Source: the human T2T-CHM13v2.0 reference genome, Homo sapiens. From it: a stretch of DNA of 64,000 nucleotides. Below, in pieces: positions 52,661 to 64,000 of the stretch (positions within the stretch are counted from its first letter, which is position 1; each line of letters begins with the position of its first letter). Location of the stretch: assembly GCF_009914755.1 (NCBI RefSeq), contig NC_060935.1. One strand, given 5' to 3'. The notes under the pieces are model-generated. The model searched no databases, was not told where the DNA came from, and worked only from the letters and a program-made list of their open reading frames with translations. Both the position numbers and the translations under genes were made by a program.

Positions 52661-53330
52661 CTAGTGCTCAGTTTTCAAGGTTTAAAGCTTGAATGTTTTG
52701 AAAATTGTTCTCTTCTTATGATGAACTTGTCCAGATTATTTATTTTTTCATTTTCTTAGGTCTCTACTAAAAGATTACTTTACCAGAAGTGACTGCCTTT
52801 GTCGCTGTAAATGAGATAAAACCACTCTGTATCATCTTCTTTCACAGCTTTACTTTTCTTAAAGGCACTTATCATTAAATGATAATATATATCGAATTTA
52901 TTATTATCATCTATCTCCTACTAGAATGTGAGCTCAATGAGAGAAAGGGACTTTGACTGTTTTGTTTTACTGACATTTAGTAGGTGCTCAGTAATTATTT
53001 GTTGGATGCATGAAGGAATGAATAGTATGTAGATTAAATATTAAACTGAGCTAAGACACATTAATCAATACAGACAAAATGATAGCTTATTTTGAATATG
53101 CAGTCAATGATCATGCTTATGTTTACTTGTATTTACAGTGAGTTGTATCCAATTTAGAAAATAGAACCACCTTCTGACTTCTTTGCTTTTCTTTGAAATG
53201 TCACTAGCATGTATATTTGCCTGTTAAGGTAATTTTATATGTAATGATTTGCCAAGACTGATAGGCTTTGATGATCACTCGTCATTATCTGCTTTATAAA
53301 TCTAGGCTTTACTTTGCCTTTCTCATTTTA

Positions 53331-53332
<2 letters not shown>

Positions 53333-53375
<43 letters not shown>
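53333..53375. repeat. (CA)n microsatellite
   Basis: About 21 CA units. Confidence 0.97.
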
Positions 53376-53378
<3 letters not shown>

Positions 53379-53384
53379 CCTGGC

Positions 53385-53725
53385 TGTATTAGTTCATTCT
53401 CACTGAGACTGGGTCATTTACAAACAAAAGAGGTTTAATTGTCTCACAGTTTCACATACCTGTGGAGGCCTCGGGAAACTTACAATCATGGCAGAAGGTG
53501 AAGGGGAAGCAAGGCACATCTTACATGGCAGCAGGAGAGAAAGCACAGGGGAAACTGCCACTTTTAAACCATCAGATCTCCTGAGAACTCCCTCACTATC
53601 AGGAGAACAGCATGGGGGAAACCACCCCCATGATCCAATCACTTCTCACCAGGATCCTTCCTCGACATGTGGGGATTACAATTTGAGTTGAGATTTGGGT
53701 GGGGACACAGAACCAAACCATATCA
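53385..53725 (-). mobile_element. MSTA/THE1D-like MaLR solo LTR
   Basis: TGTATTAGTTCATTCTCAC...GGGGACACAGAACCAAACCATATCA; TSD CTGGC/CTGGG. Confidence 0.88.
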
Positions 53726-53732
53726 CTGGGTT

Positions 53733-53782
53733 TTCTGAGATCAGATGAGATTGGGCACATTCAGGGTGGTTTGGCCGTAGAC
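53733..53782 (-). pseudogene. 5S rRNA retropseudogene fragment (5' 50 nt only)
   Basis: Reverse complement GTCTACGGCCAAACCACCCTGAATGTGCCCAATCTCATCTGATCTCAGAA matches the 5S rRNA 5' end with CpG decay. Confidence 0.93.
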
Positions 53783-56700
53783 TTCACTGTGTTTTCTTTA
53801 TTTTACTTGGGACAAAATGCAGTTAACATAATTGTGGCTTAAGATTAAATAAATAGTTCAAAAGTAGGTGTATTGATTATCATAGATGCCTTTTAAAATA
53901 AGTTGTCACCAGGTCCTAAGGGTGTAGCCATATTACCACTTACTAATGCAAAAGTGGACAAGAATATATATACCTAGATCAATAACAATAGTTCAGTAAA
54001 GCATAAAACAGTGCTTCATTTGAATTGAAGAGTGTATAGTTTTAAAAAAGCCCTCTTTTCTTCACCATGTGATTTTAATTCTCTCTAAGGTGGACATACC
54101 TTCTTCTCCCCTATCTTATAATCATCAACCACTATTCCTGACTCACTCCATGAATTGCTAGCCGACAGTATATTCTGAGACTTAATTTTCTCAGTATTGT
54201 AGAGCTCTAATACCATGACCTACAATGACTCCAGCAATTCATGGCAGTGTGTTAAGTCTTTATTATGTTAAATTCTCATCAAACATTGACTTTCTATCTT
54301 AGTGGTTTAGCTGCAGCAGCCCTGTGGTAGATGTGTATAGGTGTAGATGACCAACAAATACCATTTTTTCAATAAGGCAATGTAATTACAAAACACAGTG
54401 ATGGATCTTCTCATTCTCTAGTGAATCATGACACAATAATAACAATGAATAACATTTACATACTACTTCACAATTTACAGAATATTCATTGCCAGTATTA
54501 CATTAGAGTCTCACAACAGTCTTGTAAAATAATTATTAGCTCCAGATTCTAGTGATTAAACTGAGGATCAAAGTGTTTTAAAAACTGTTTGGATTCTTGA
54601 TGTCTGGTATGCTATACTGAGAAATAAGAAATAATAACAACAGTAAGAAAAGGTCTTATTTAGATTTTCTTGGTGCAGCTTTTCTTTGAAAGTTTTGTTT
54701 CTTTGTAACATACTACAAGTAGAGTACGGTATTTTTTTTACCGTTTTCCTCCTGTACCCCCATCAAAGTTCATTTCCTTTTAACATCATAAATTTTTACT
54801 GAACCATTTCATTTTACTCACTTCCACAGACGACAAAGTCAAAAGGTAGTTTATGAACGTGAATTAGAAGTTTTCATAATGTAAAACTAAAGCAACATGT
54901 TCTTACCTAATAAGCTGACTAGTTATTGATAATAGTTTGATATTTTTAAATGTGTCAATTTTTATTGAGTTGATAACAGTTTTTTGTAGATGATAATTAT
55001 TTTATTTACAGCATGTAGTTATCTTTTTTAGAGGAAATGTCTAAGTCTTTGTTTTATAATTCTAGGCCTCAAAAGATTTCAGTGTTTCAAAATCTGATTA
55101 TATGTTAATGTTATATGTCTTGAGCAGAAAAATTTGGAAAATTGTTTTTTCCTGTAAGAATATATTTTTATTTTCATTGTTAATTGAAAAGATTAAAGTT
55201 TTTCATCAGCAATAAAATTTTCATGGCTACCTTATGAATATTTTAGCTACCATATCTAATTTTAATTTCTAAATAAATTAATAACAATTATAATGAGAAA
55301 AGCTTCCAATTTTATTTTTACATTTTAATGAATTATTTGTGTTCTATATGTAAACTGTCTCAGCATGAAATCAATTTTCTGCCTTGATTCATTCCAAATC
55401 TGAGATTTCTATCACATTAATATTGTAATTAGAAACATTAATAGAGACGGCAACTTAAAAAGCATACTTTGCTTCTTGGCAATTTAGCATATTTCTCTGA
55501 GTGCATAGGACTTCAAGAACTTTCAGTCCACTAATAAATTTATTAACTCAAACTTAAAAGAAGTGAAAAGTCTCTTTCTTTCTCTCTCCCCATGGCCAGT
55601 CTGCTAAAATAGATTATTCATGCTTATTTGATTCAGGTAGGCTTTTGCAAGCTTCCCTACTAGGCCTGGGAATGTGGTACATTGAGGCCTTTTCAGAGGC
55701 TTCTGACATAGACCAAGCTTTTATTGCATGGTGTTTTATTATAGCCAAATCCTAGTCTCCACCCAGTTTGTAGGCACTCTGCTTATTCTTTTGAATCAGG
55801 AAAGGTTATCACCTACCTTAATCCATGCTGCTGCATGGATTAAGGACACCAGTGTGCCCCAGGATTCTCAAAGAGGATCCTGGAAACTTCTGGTTTTTTC
55901 TTTTTTGCTGTCTTTACTAAATTCTATTGGGCCTGAGGGGGATTTGCATCTGAAATGGGCAACCTGGTGTTTTTCTCAATGAAGACATCAGATCAAAGTT
56001 CAGTTAGTCAAGGCCTTTCTAAAACATTAAGGGGGCTTGGACTTACACAATAAAAAGATGAGCTCTAGCAGAGATTGCAATAAAAACATTCTGAACTATA
56101 ATCCGGATAAAGAATAGATTATAGGCCAAAGAACAGACCTTGTTTAAATTGCTTTAGACTAATAACTTTACATTTTTTAAGTTTGTACCCTATTTTTAAG
56201 AAACATTTTAATATTATATATTTTATTTATCAATAGTTTCATGATAAATGGATAAATTATGTTTTGGGAACAAGAATTCTGTACATATTGGATTGAAAAG
56301 ATTAGATTGAAGCAAACTGATAGCATATCTTATTAATGAAAGTAAGTAGTACCTTATGGAGGGATGAACGGTCATTTCATTTTAAAAAATAAATGTCAAA
56401 CCCACAGACTCTGAATCTGAAAAAAGTATTTCTATTAGACTTAAAAATTTTTATTTCTTATTACTGTATAATTTCCTATTGGTAGGCATTTAGTTTAAGA
56501 ATATGAATCCTTGAAGTCTTAAATGCAAATATCTAGTGTCAAGCAAATATGTCTTTCTTATCTAAATTAAAAAGTTGTCACTTAGATAAGTATCTACTAT
56601 GTATAGTTCTTCAATTTCTGTAGTGATTATCTAGTTTTGTTGAATATTCTGAAACTTATATGTTTCAAGACAGTGGAAATTATGTAATAGTAGATCTGAA

Positions 56701-57611
56701 ATCTTTTATTAGAGACTATTGCCAAGTGGAATTTGTTAATAGTTCAATTTTGGATAGTGATGTATATATATTTTCAATGTATTGAATGAAAGAAATTAGC
56801 TCAAAGTCCATTCAAAGCAATGTAATAATAATGTTATGTTAGTAGACTTTTGCTATCCCATATAAATAAATTCAGTGTCATATAAATTAGAGTTTCTTAT
56901 AAGAAAGATAATTTGTTAGAGAAATTGTTAGTAGAGAACACAAAAGAGGAATTATCAATGAACCAATGATTATGCCAGGTTCTGATTGATCTAATGTGGG
57001 TCATATACATTCTTCCACTTTATCATGTGCCTTGTTCCTGTCTGGAGTATTGTAGTACATTTTATCCTATAAGCTTAATTTAAATTTGCAAGAAATGTTT
57101 AATATACACGTATATTGTCTTATGTGAGAATTCAGTTTTAAAATTATACTCAGTGTAATATATTTAAATAGCTAGTTTCTTTTGGACCTCTTACCAGTGA
57201 ATTAATTGGGTTTAAGTTTTCAGTTAGTTCTTGGCAACTGCATATTTAATTTGTCATTAAAACCTAGAATCTTAAATATTAATTAAGAATTATGTATATT
57301 AAGTTTTGAACTTAGGAAGGCATACAGTATAATGAAAAAAAACCAAAGAGGTTTGTAAATTCTTGTCAAATTTAGAGAACCACTAGAAGTGAAGAAACAT
57401 GAAAGATAAAAAGGTTGATTTGTAACTATAAATGGTTTAAAATAATAAAGGTTGTTGTATGCTTCTTTGAAATTTACTTAGTGTATGTATATCCGTTCTT
57501 CCTTATTAGCTTAAAATTCATAAATATGCCATTGTTTTGCTGGATGTAGGACAAATAAATTATAGCTTAAAAATAATTGTTTAACAACCACTATGGGGTT
57601 TATTTTAGCAG

Positions 57612-57751
57612 ATTGGACCAGTATCATCTTCAAGATTTGGTCACTATTATGATGCATCAAAAAGAATGCCACAAGAACTAATTGAGGCTTCAAATTGGCA
57701 TGGATTTTTTCTTCCAGAGAAAATATCTTCAACTCTCAAAGTAGAACCCTG
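57612..57751 (+). CDS. ELP4: ELP4 internal coding exon (140 bp, or 143 bp from the alternative acceptor at 57609; probably exon 5)
   Basis: Acceptor TTTTAG CAG. Translates [46 protein letters not shown], in frame with the previous exon. Donor TG|GTAAGT. Confidence 0.93.
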
Positions 57752-60719
57752 GTAAGTTAATGACCCATTTAATAACAAAATCTGATTTCAAATATTAGTA
57801 GAATGCACTTTTACCACATTTTTGAAAGAATACACATCTAAGGGTAAATATCATAATAATAAATATTAGTTTTCTATATAATTTGTAACTTCAAGTCTAT
57901 GTATTTTTCATAGTATTTCATTATCTGTGGCTTTCTTTTTTCTCTGGTCCTGTAACTGCTGAAACCACTATTTCTCTAATTTGCAACTTGAAAAATCAGG
58001 ACACCAAATTTATAAGTGCTGGTTTTCAAGAAAATGTAGAACAGTTCTAAATCAGAGTCTTTCAGCTTTAAATGCAAATAGACACCTAATAAATATGTAT
58101 TGATAATAATAGCAATGAAAATGATACAAACTAGTGTCGTTTGCTTAATTTAATTTTTTAGCATATACTTTTTCAGAGCGTAAACAAGTATATACTTTAC
58201 AATATTTTATTTATGAAGGCTTTCTATTTCTGGCTCTGCTGTAAATAAAACAATCTGCATAATTTTAAGTGACTTAGAATTTAGAGTTTGGGTTTTAAGT
58301 ATCAAAACAATACAACATGTTTATACTGCCAGTACATTATTAAGACAAAACTCTGAAAATTACAGGACTTGACACTGAATAATGTATGTTATAAAGTATT
58401 AAGAATATTTAATTTCAATTTTTATTTCAGTAAGTTATGGAACAGATTGTCATTTATATTTTCTTAAGCATTTGTAAAACCATTTTCAAAATGAGATAAG
58501 CTATTAAATGAAGATTTAATAGGCAAGGCGTTGTGAACCAAAATGACTTAAAATTTATAGTCTCTGTTCTGAAAATAATACCTGAGAATTTAGTGGAGAC
58601 TACTGTACTCATGCTTATTAAATGTTTCCAAAAATGTTCACTTTATTATGGAGTTCTCCAATCTATGGATAGAGACTTAGCAAAAGCGGTGCTTTGATGT
58701 TGTTTTAGCATTTATAACTACCATTAATGTATTACTGCTATGTGTCAGCCACTCTGTTAGGCACTTTACATTTGTTATCTTCTATAATCCTTATATTAAC
58801 CCTATACAGGGTTATGTAGTACTAATATGCAGAAGTATGAAGTCCCATTTTCTAGAAGATACTGAAATTCACAGAATTGATTTATCTGAGTTTTAATTAT
58901 TAAGTGATAGAACCAGGCTTAATCTGTCAGATTTATCTTTCTTTTTTGCTTCACTGCTTCAGAAGATTTTGGTGTCTTTCACCTTTACTTTCCTGTGTCA
59001 TGGAGTAATGAGCACTGATAAAAGAATTTTTAAAATCTGGATTCTTATATTGAGTTCATCCTACCCTTAACCTTGGGCAAATCACCTAAAATCAGTGAAA
59101 ATCAATATCTTCATGTGAAAAATTGGAGGTAGGGAGAAGAGGAAATACCACCTGCCTTACTAGCTCACTAAATTTTTGTTAAGTTTGAGTGATTATATTG
59201 ATTTTTATGTTTCCCAGTTTTTGCCACAGATAGAGTCAAACATGCATTTACATAGAAGCTTGCGAAATAGGTCAGGGTAATTTTCCCATAATTTTTCAAA
59301 TAATAGTAAAGAGTGGAACCCAGGTTCAAAGTAAATTCTCCCTGATTCAAGTATCTGTATTAGCAATAATGCCATACTGTCTCCATTAACAGAGTGCTTA
59401 GGAAAATAAATGTAAAATGTATGTTATGTTTGATGTATTTAAATGAAAAATAATATGGTGTTACTTTTGTGATTTAAAAAAATGTATTTTAAGGACAATA
59501 CTTTTTTTTACACCAGCAAGTACAGTGTTATTCTTCATTTACTCAACAGCTGAGGTAAGGAGGGGATTAGCATGTGTCAAATATATTTTCCAAGTCAGGT
59601 ACTCTCCCAGACGTTTGAATATGGGATAACTCATTAAATTTTGCCAACAACCCTCCAAGAGAATGTTAACCCCATTTTGTAAGCAATTTCAGGTTAGAGT
59701 TGCTAAGTAACTCTCCTACTGTTGCAGGCTGTCAGTGACTGAGCTAACACCCAAACTCAAGTTTCTAAAACCTCTGCTCTTTTTTTTTTTGTACTGTGCT
59801 ACCTCCATTTACTGAGGCAGTAAATGTACACCCACCAACGTAGGTGCCAGAAAAATTACTCCTTAATCAGCCTTGAGGATATAATCCTATAGTCTTTAAA
59901 ATACATATTTTCTGAGTGTTTTGTAAGAACTAGCAGTTTCGCACAGAATAGGAAAATTTATAGATTTTAATTATCAAGGCAGTATTTCATTTCATAGAGT
60001 TAACTGATAATTCATTTATTTCATATTAAACTTAAATGCTTAATTAAATGTAATTAAACTTTAAACATGTAATTAAATTAATTTTCAAAATGGGTACTTT
60101 ACCATGTGAGATTTATTTTAATTTATGAAAAGCATGTGCTCATTTCACTAAAATGAACTTTACTGGTTCATTTATAAAACAATAAAGCTAAGCCTTACAG
60201 TTATCTATACTTTTCCTATAATTAAGGCTAGAGGTTATAGCTGTGTCCTACTATCATATGTGAGGATATAATATATAATTTTATAATTTCTGAAGGTGCT
60301 ATTAAAACATGTAAAGATATTTTTACAATAAGAAAAACTGCAGATCATTTAAAATTTACAGTAACTAATTTAAAATGATTAGTAGGTTTGCCTGTAGAAA
60401 AAATTCATACATACAGTTTAAATTTTCAAATTAAAGCCAGAGTATAAAGATCTCAGATGTTTTATAATAATATTATCAAGATAGTTTTGTTTGGATATTT
60501 CACTATTACAAATCAGATAATCTGAGTCACAAAATAATAAGCTGGTTTTGAGAATAATTCTGGAGTCTAAGATTGTTTACTTTGACTTTGTTTTCAGTTA
60601 AGCTTTGCTAACAAGTATGTCCAAGCATAGTTTGGTTTCCTTACTAGAAAGACACTGCCATTTTTCAGTGTCGTCTTTCTTACTGATTAACAATAATATT
60701 AACATATTGCTTAACCTAC

Positions 60720-61099
60720 CACTACCAACTGAATGTTTGTGTCCCCCAGAATTCATATGTTGAAGCCCTAACCCCTAATGGGATGATGTTTGGAGATGGG
60801 GCCTTTGGGAAGTAATTAGGTTTAGATTAGGTTGTGAGGGTGGGACCCTGGTGTGATAAGATTCGTATCTTTATAAAAGAGGGAGAGACACAGGAGCTCT
60901 CACTGTCTCCGGGAGCATGCAAGAATGAAAGGCCATGTGAGCACACAGCAAGAAGGCTGCTATCTGCAACCTAAGGGAAGAGCCCTCACCAGGCACCAAC
61001 TCTGCTGGCATGTTGATCTTGGACTTCAAGTCTCCAGAACAATGAGAAAATAAATTCCTGTTTAAGCCCCCCAATCTATGGTATTTTGTTATGGCATCC
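60720..61099 (+). mobile_element. MLT1A0-like LTR
   Basis: TGAATGTTTGTGTCCCCCAGAATTCATATGTTGAAGCCCTAACCCC...ATGGTATTTTGTTATGGCA. Confidence 0.88.
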
Positions 61100-61490
61100 T
61101 ATCTTTGTCCATTTGTGATGCTATAACAAAATACCTGAGACTCGGTAATTTATAAAGAGAGAAATTAAATATTGAACTTTCTATCCTCCAGATCTATGAG
61201 AAAATAAAAGTGTTGGCAGGTGTGGTTGTCTGGTGAGGCCAGCACTCTGCTTCCAAGATGGCACCTTTTTCCTGCATTCTCCAAAGGAGAGAAATGATGT
61301 GTTCTCACATGGCAGAATGTGAAAGGGCAAGCTAGCCAAAATGCTGTGTGAAGCCTTCTATATAAGGGCCTTAATCCCGTTTTTGAGAGAGGAGCCCTGA
61401 TGACATAATCACCTCTTAAAGGCCTCGTCTCTTAATACTATCACATTGACAACACCTGAATTTTGTAGGGTACACTTTCAAACTATTGCA
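61100..61490 (-). mobile_element. MSTB/MSTD-like LTR nested in the end of the MLT1A
   Basis: GCTATAACAAAATACCTGAGACTCGGTAATTTATAAAG...TTCAAACTATTGCA. Confidence 0.82.
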
Positions 61491-61687
61491 CAGACTGATC
61501 TGACGATGTTAGTTCTTGAATATTGAGTTTGCATACAGTTGGTAGTCAATAGAATGAGTTTATTTTGATATGTTTCTCTGAATTTCAAGATTTTATTTTA
61601 ACATGTTTATCATAACAATAACCAGTAGTTTCTTATATTGTCTGAGTTTTCTACTGATTAAATTGAATGAGTTGAATTCTGTGAGAA

Positions 61688-63505
61688 CCGCTCGGTCTTT
61701 TAGTTTTTTGACTGCATTCTGAACCAGGCCTGACTAATTAAAATAGAAGCAGCATTCCTCATCTAGGAAGATGTGGAGACCTCCTTTTTTTTGCAGTAAG
61801 TCAATCAAGGCCTTTGTGGTTTTGTAGGGTAACTGCTGCTAGGGAGTCTAGTTGGTTTTGGAGGTGGGTAATAGAGTTTGCAATTTTTTTTTTTTTTAGG
61901 GAAGCCTACAAATCTGTAGAGAGTGCCTGGAAATATGATAATGAGATGGAGAACGGAGGGCCCCTTGGGAGGAAGTGACAGAGCATATATGACAGTTTGA
62001 GGTTATGTTAGAGGGTATAATGGAATGGTAAAGAAAGCATCCTTTAGGTCGATTACCGTATAGTGGGTGGTGTTGGAGGGGATGAGGGAGAGAAGTGTAT
62101 GGGGGTTAGGGACCATGGGGTGAATAGGGAGGACAGCCTGATTGATGGCTCAGAGGTCCTGAATGAGTTGATATGAGCAGTCAGATTTTCTAACGGGGAA
62201 GATGGAGGTGTTATATGGAGAATGTGTTGGTCTAAGAAGACGGCGTGAGCAGAGCTTGTTTATGATGGGTTGTAAGCCTTTTTGGTGTGTTAGGGAAATG
62301 GGGTATTGGGGAATGTTGGGAAATTTAGAGGGGTCTTTTAACTGTATTTTGATGGGGTCCTGGTGAGCAGCTATGGAAGGGGTGGTGGTGTTTCACACTA
62401 CTGGGTTAACGAGAGAGGTGGGTAGCGGGTGCTGGGTGGGGGGGTCAGGGGCCGTACTAGCAGAGAGGAGCAGGAGGGACTCTGGTTGCGGTGGGCAGGA
62501 AGAGGTGATAGAAGCTTTGAATTTGGCTAAAATGTTTCGGCCTACGATGGGAGTGGGGCAGTGAAGCATGATAAGGAAGGAGTGTGAAGAAATATAGTAT
62601 TAGACAGGGAACAAGTAAGGGATTCAGTAGCGTGTCGATGTGAGACGAGACCTGGGAAGGGTAAGTGGGTGCTAAAAATTTAGATAAAGCCGAGTAGCTG
62701 GCCCTGCTATCGATTAGAAAAGAGATCGGCTTACCTGCTATTAGCAGAGTTACCCTGGGCTCTGATGCAGATAGGGCCAAGGGTCCTGGGCTCTGTCAGT
62801 CTTCAGCAGCAGGGCCAAGGAGCTGTGGTAGGGTGAGCGATTTTTCACTCCTTACCTTGCAAGGTTTTGAGGAGTTGATCTGTTAGCCTGGTTGTTAAGA
62901 GGACAATCAGACTTCCAGTGACTGCTTCATTGGCAGGCTGGACAAGGAGTTTTTGGTGTCCTTGGGCTGGGACATGCCCTCGCCCAGTGGCCTTCTTGGC
63001 TGCATTTAAAACAGGCCACAGAAGGGAGGCTGCTATCGGGTCTTTTGTGCCCTTGGGTGCTATTGCCAGGTTGGCGAATAGCCGCGGCTAGTAGCTGACA
63101 TTTGGCACGATCTCGTTGGGCTTTATTTTTTCTTGTTCATCCCTATTATTAAAGACTTTGAAAGCCAGGTTGAGAAGGTCTTGTGGGGTTTGAGGGCCAT
63201 CTTCAGGCTTTTTAAGTTTGCACCATATGTTAGGAGCAGACTGAGAGATAAAATGGGTATTAAGAACAATAGTTTTTTCCCGGGAGGTGGGGTCAACATG
63301 GGTATATTTTTGGAGGGCCTCTGTAAGGCGGGAAAGAAATTCAGCAGGGTTTTCATCAGCTCTTTGAGGGATATCTTTGAGTTTTTCATAATTTGCAGCC
63401 TTATGGGTTGCTTTGTTAAGGCCTGCGATGAGACAAGTAGTCATATGGTTATGAGATGCCCGGCCGGGGTCTGTGGGTTGGTACTCCCAAGGGGGCTCCT
63501 TGGGA
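61688..63505 (-). mobile_element. LTR-less, internally deleted HERV-H/F-group remnant (gag CA/NC, pro, RT 5' part, IN scrap, env TM)
   Basis: ORF 63088-63513 is gag CA (ENPAEFLSRL, HFISQSAP, AFKVFNNR). Two Cys-His knuckles (CFKCSQEGHWARAC; CPACQ*SSHWKSDC). Protease FLIDSRASYS. RT QYP...DLKDAFF. Env TM QLDSLAAVTLQNHKGLD...GGLHIFLDEECCFY. Confidence 0.9.
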
Positions 63506-63597
63506 GATAACATTTTATTTCAAAAATACAAGACTTTTAGATTGAAAAGCAAAGATCCACAGTATATTCAAAAGTCTAAATATAAGATTAAAGATTA

Positions 63598-63896
63598 CAA
63601 GCATGAGTCATGCCTCTAATCCCAGCACTTTGGGAGGTCGAGGCAGGAGGATCAATCACTTCAGCCCAGGATTTCAAGACCAGCCTGGGCAACATAGTGA
63701 GACCCTGTCTCTACAAAAACAAACAAACAAAAAATACTAATAGCCAGGTGTGGTGGCACATGCTGTAATCCCAGTTACTCAGGAGACTAAGGTGGGAGAA
63801 TCACCTGAGACTGAGAGGCCAAGACTTGAGTGAGCTGTAATCATGCCACTGCACTCCAGCCTGGGCAAAAGAGCAAGACCGTTGTCTTAAAAAAAC
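63598..63896 (+). mobile_element. AluJ
   Basis: Diverged dimer. Confidence 0.9.
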
Positions 63897-64000
63897 AGAA
63901 AATTTACACTCACAAGAAAGAAATTCTATAGAACATCTAAGACTAAAAATTCGGAAGTCATATAGTTATAGAAGTATACTATAAATTACTTTATTAAAAG

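Noticed and set aside
57511-57732. 73-aa minus-strand ORF
   Set aside because: Antisense shadow of the ELP4 exon
63088-63513. 141-aa gag ORF as a domesticated capsid gene
   Set aside because: The ATG comes from flanking sequence, the frame shifts before NC, and there is no promoter or LTR

Overview
Primate, almost certainly human, nuclear DNA: an AT-rich intronic segment of ELP4 (Elongator subunit 4, + strand). Two short coding exons are recognisable (48617-48748; 57609/57612-57751). They are joined by an intron with a non-canonical GC donor and a tandem TAGCAG (NAGNAG) acceptor. About half the window is transposon-derived: three primate L1PA copies, older L1/L2/MIR, about 25 Alus, Hsmar2, Tigger2/3, MER1A, MaLR/ERVL LTRs and an LTR-less HERV-H/F-like gag-pro-pol-env remnant. 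The long ORFs are decayed TE reading frames; the remaining track ORFs look like chance ORFs. I see no novel protein-coding system. The unusual signals are small-scale DNA history: a ~200-bp mitochondrial D-loop NUMT, two locally templated insertions, private mutations shared between separately inserted L1 copies (probable gene conversion), one target site reused by an Alu and an L1, a tailless 5S retrocopy, a perfect 76-bp palindrome and a micro-inversion. Subfamily names and consensus comparisons are from memory, and repeat boundaries without TSDs are approximate.
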